Shown here: positions 36,869 through 38,361 of the stretch, piece after piece
Position numbering within the stretch: position 1 is the first letter of the stretch
Layout: the number at the start of each line of letters is the position of its first letter
Virus record (IMG/VR): IMGVR_UViG_3300048857_000052
Location: 1 to 38,361 of that record
DNA from: a virus
Taxonomy: Duplodnaviria > Caudoviricetes
Strand: one strand, 5' to 3'
DNA length: 38,361 nt
Translations under genes and position numbers: made by a program
Notes under the pieces: generated by a model
What the model was told of the DNA's origin: nothing
The model's input: the letters and a program-made list of their open reading frames with translations, nothing else
Database searches by the model: none

Positions 36869-36930
36869 GAGAGGCTCCAGTCCTCTTCGTTGGTCAGGCC
36901 CCGCTAGGTGTTCCCGCACCTATCGGGGCC
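36869..36930 (-). promoter_or_regulatory. Structured 5' leader of the wHTH gene (two hairpins)
   Basis: Hairpin at 36897-36930 (14-bp stem with one mismatch) and AAGAGG-ACTGGAG-CCTCTC hairpin abutting the ATG. Confidence 0.6.
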
Positions 36931-36984
36931 GCTCTGTTGTTGTGGGTCGTCGCCGAGGGTGGGCGACGGCCCTGCTCTGTGCCG

Positions 36985-37206
36985 CTAGTCGCTCGCGCGG
37001 CGGCGGGAGATCTCGAGTCCGTCGAGCAGCCGGCGGGCGGCGGACTCGGTCAGGCGCCAGGTGTGGATCTCCCCCGGCGCGTGGCCGTCGAGCGCGGCCA
37101 GGTCCTCGAGGTGCTGGCGCGCCTGGGCCTCGACCTGCTCGGCGGGCACGCCGTGCTCAGCCGCCCACTCGGCGACCCACTCCCCCAGCGGGCGGGTCTC
37201 CATCAC
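36985..37206 (-). CDS. Small acidic hypothetical protein
   Basis: 73 aa, Glu-rich; start overlaps the stop of the upstream HTH gene. Confidence 0.7.
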   Translation of the reverse strand: MMETRPLGEWVAEWAAEHGVPAEQVEAQARQHLEDLAALDGHAPGEIHTWRLTESAARRLLDGLEISRRRASD

Positions 37207-37595
37207 GGGATCCGGTAGACGACCGCGGCGTCGGGGCGCCGCTCGGCCACGCGGGCGGCCAGGGCGCGGTGCCAGGACGCCGGCCAGTCCGTGTCCGGCT
37301 CGACGGCGCGGTAGTCGTCGTCGGTCCGGTAGGTCACCACGTGCGGGTCGGGCATCTGCTCAAGCTCGGCCTCGAGCTGCTCCACCGCAGCGCCGGCGAT
37401 GGCCGCGAGCCGGTCCAGCTCGTCCTGCACGCCGCCGGGCACGGCCTGCTGGCCGGCTTCCCAGCGGTGCACGGTGCGCTCGGCGACGGCGAGGTGGTCG
37501 GCGAGCCAGCGCGTGGTCAGGCCCAGGCGCTCGCGGGTCACCTTGAACTCGGCGTCGGTCATGGGGCCGCGCTCACGCGCGCGGGCGTCGGTCAT
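37203..37595 (-). CDS. XRE HTH regulator, Aca2/DUF1870(YdiL)-like
   Basis: MTDAEFKVTRERLGLTTRWLADHLAVAERTVHRWEAGQQAVP plus C-terminal VTYRTDDDY...WHRALAAR; GAAGGAG RBS. Confidence 0.75.
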   Translation of the reverse strand: MTDARARERGPMTDAEFKVTRERLGLTTRWLADHLAVAERTVHRWEAGQQAVPGGVQDELDRLAAIAGAAVEQLEAELEQMPDPHVVTYRTDDDYRAVEPDTDWPASWHRALAARVAERRPDAAVVYRIP

Positions 37596-37622
37596 GGTGC
37601 TCCTTCGGTCGGATGAGACGGG

Positions 37623-37653
37623 GCAGGCCCCGCCCAGTCCGGGCGGGGCCTGC
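37623..37653. terminator. Perfect 13-bp hairpin inside the small operon
   Basis: GCAGGCCCCGCCC-AGTCC-GGGCGGGGCCTGC; no U-tract. Confidence 0.6.
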
Positions 37654-37660
37654 GGGGTGG

Positions 37661-37861
37661 TCAGCGGCGGATCGCGACGCCGAGGCGGAACTCCAGGCGG
37701 CGGGTGTCGTCGCCGCGCATCAGCGCGAACTGGAGGACCTCGGCCGACTCGCGGGCGATCTCCTCGGGCACGCCCTCGACCCACGGAGTCACGGCGTCCG
37801 CGACCTCGTGCTCCTCGCAGACGATCGCCTCGCCGTTGCTCACCTTGATGATCATCAGCAT
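37661..37861 (-). CDS. Small acidic protein, candidate anti-defence (Acr-like) gene
   Basis: 66 aa, 13 D/E versus 8 K/R; GAGGGG RBS; first gene after the inverted-repeat promoter and upstream of the Aca2-like HTH gene. Confidence 0.65.
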   Translation of the reverse strand: MLMIIKVSNGEAIVCEEHEVADAVTPWVEGVPEEIARESAEVLQFALMRGDDTRRLEFRLGVAIRR

Positions 37862-37913
37862 GTGCTTCCCCTCTCGGGCTCCGGTCTGGCCTGGTGCCTG
37901 ACCTCGTGCCCTC

Positions 37914-37942
37914 AGTCTATGTCAGGAAGTCGGACATAGCCA
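37914..37942 (-). promoter_or_regulatory. Promoter with overlapping inverted-repeat operator
   Basis: Minus strand TGGCTA-17 bp-TAGACT; inverted repeat CTATGTCAG-gaagt-CGGACATAG at 37917-37939. Confidence 0.75.
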
Positions 37943-37988
37943 GCGGGGGGCGGGTGAAGTCTCGGCCGGCGCTCACAATGCGACCGAC

Positions 37989-38065
37989 CGCACACCCCGT
38001 TGGGGTGCGGTGGTCTTCCTCCTGAAGGGAGGGGAGAAGGCCTGCCACGCTGTCAGGTTGGGAGC
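37989..38065. repeat. Diverged direct repeat, copy B
   Basis: Intergenic copy of 36359-36432, 3 nt longer. Confidence 0.85.
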
Positions 38066-38100
38066 CCGCCGGCGCTCGCGGCGGGCGGCACACTGGCCTC

Positions 38101-38361
38101 ATGCCCGAGTACGGCCACGACCCAAAGCCCAACCAGGCGATCCTCAACGCGCACGAGGTGCCGCCGCGGCGCGCGCAGGAAGATCGTCCTGAGCTCGCGG
38201 TGCGTGCGCGCATCGTGTGGGAGAACGACGGCGAGGAGCACATCGACACCGTGGCCTATGCGCTGAGCGGCCACCTGGTGCTCGTCCGCGTCGAAGACCC
38301 TCGCGCGCAGGTGCGCGGGTACTGGCTCGACGTCGAGGACGTGCTGCGGCTCAACCGTTGA
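38101..38361 (+). CDS. Hypothetical protein
   Basis: 86 aa (VRARIVWENDGEE...VLVRVEDPR...YWL); CACACT 6 nt before ATG. Confidence 0.7.
   Translation: MPEYGHDPKPNQAILNAHEVPPRRAQEDRPELAVRARIVWENDGEEHIDTVAYALSGHLVLVRVEDPRAQVRGYWLDVEDVLRLNR

Larger units (their letters stand above)
665..38361. mobile_element. Temperate siphovirus-type prophage (HK97-like head, serine integrase); exact ends not determined
   Basis: Canonical module order: integration/immunity, early genes, packaging, head, tail, lysis, accessory genes. No att sites identified, and gene 1..642 may also belong to it. Confidence 0.95.

Noticed and set aside
37551-37595. 12-bp direct repeat ATGACCGACGCC at the start of the Aca2-like gene
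   Set aside because: It gives two possible starts (MTDA twice), but only the first has an SD; too short to support a target-site duplication.
1-38361. tRNA, rRNA, CRISPR array, IS elements
   Set aside because: None recognised by eye; a tRNAscan/Infernal run would be needed to exclude small RNAs.

Overview
This window is a GC-rich (actinobacterial-type) temperate siphovirus prophage that looks nearly complete; no att sites could be located. Left to right it contains: a membrane cargo gene; a lysogeny module (large serine integrase, ImmA/IrrE-type HExxH protease, XRE repressor) facing a Cro-like gene across four GTGCCA-N2-TGGCAC-type operators; an early operon (ParB-like, Lsr2-like, VRR-NUC, HNH/replication-type proteins and many small unknowns); an HK97-type packaging and head module; a tail module with a -1 frameshifted chaperone; and a lysis cassette (M15-type endolysin, holin). 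The right-end accessory region is the most unusual part. It holds MmpS-like and DUF5677/HEPN-like morons with leaderless promoters, a Rep-like HTH gene, and a candidate anti-defence operon of two small acidic ORFs around an Aca2/DUF1870-like HTH gene. That operon has an inverted-repeat operator in its promoter and is bracketed by a diverged ~75-bp direct repeat. Family calls come from motif recognition by eye; no searches were run.
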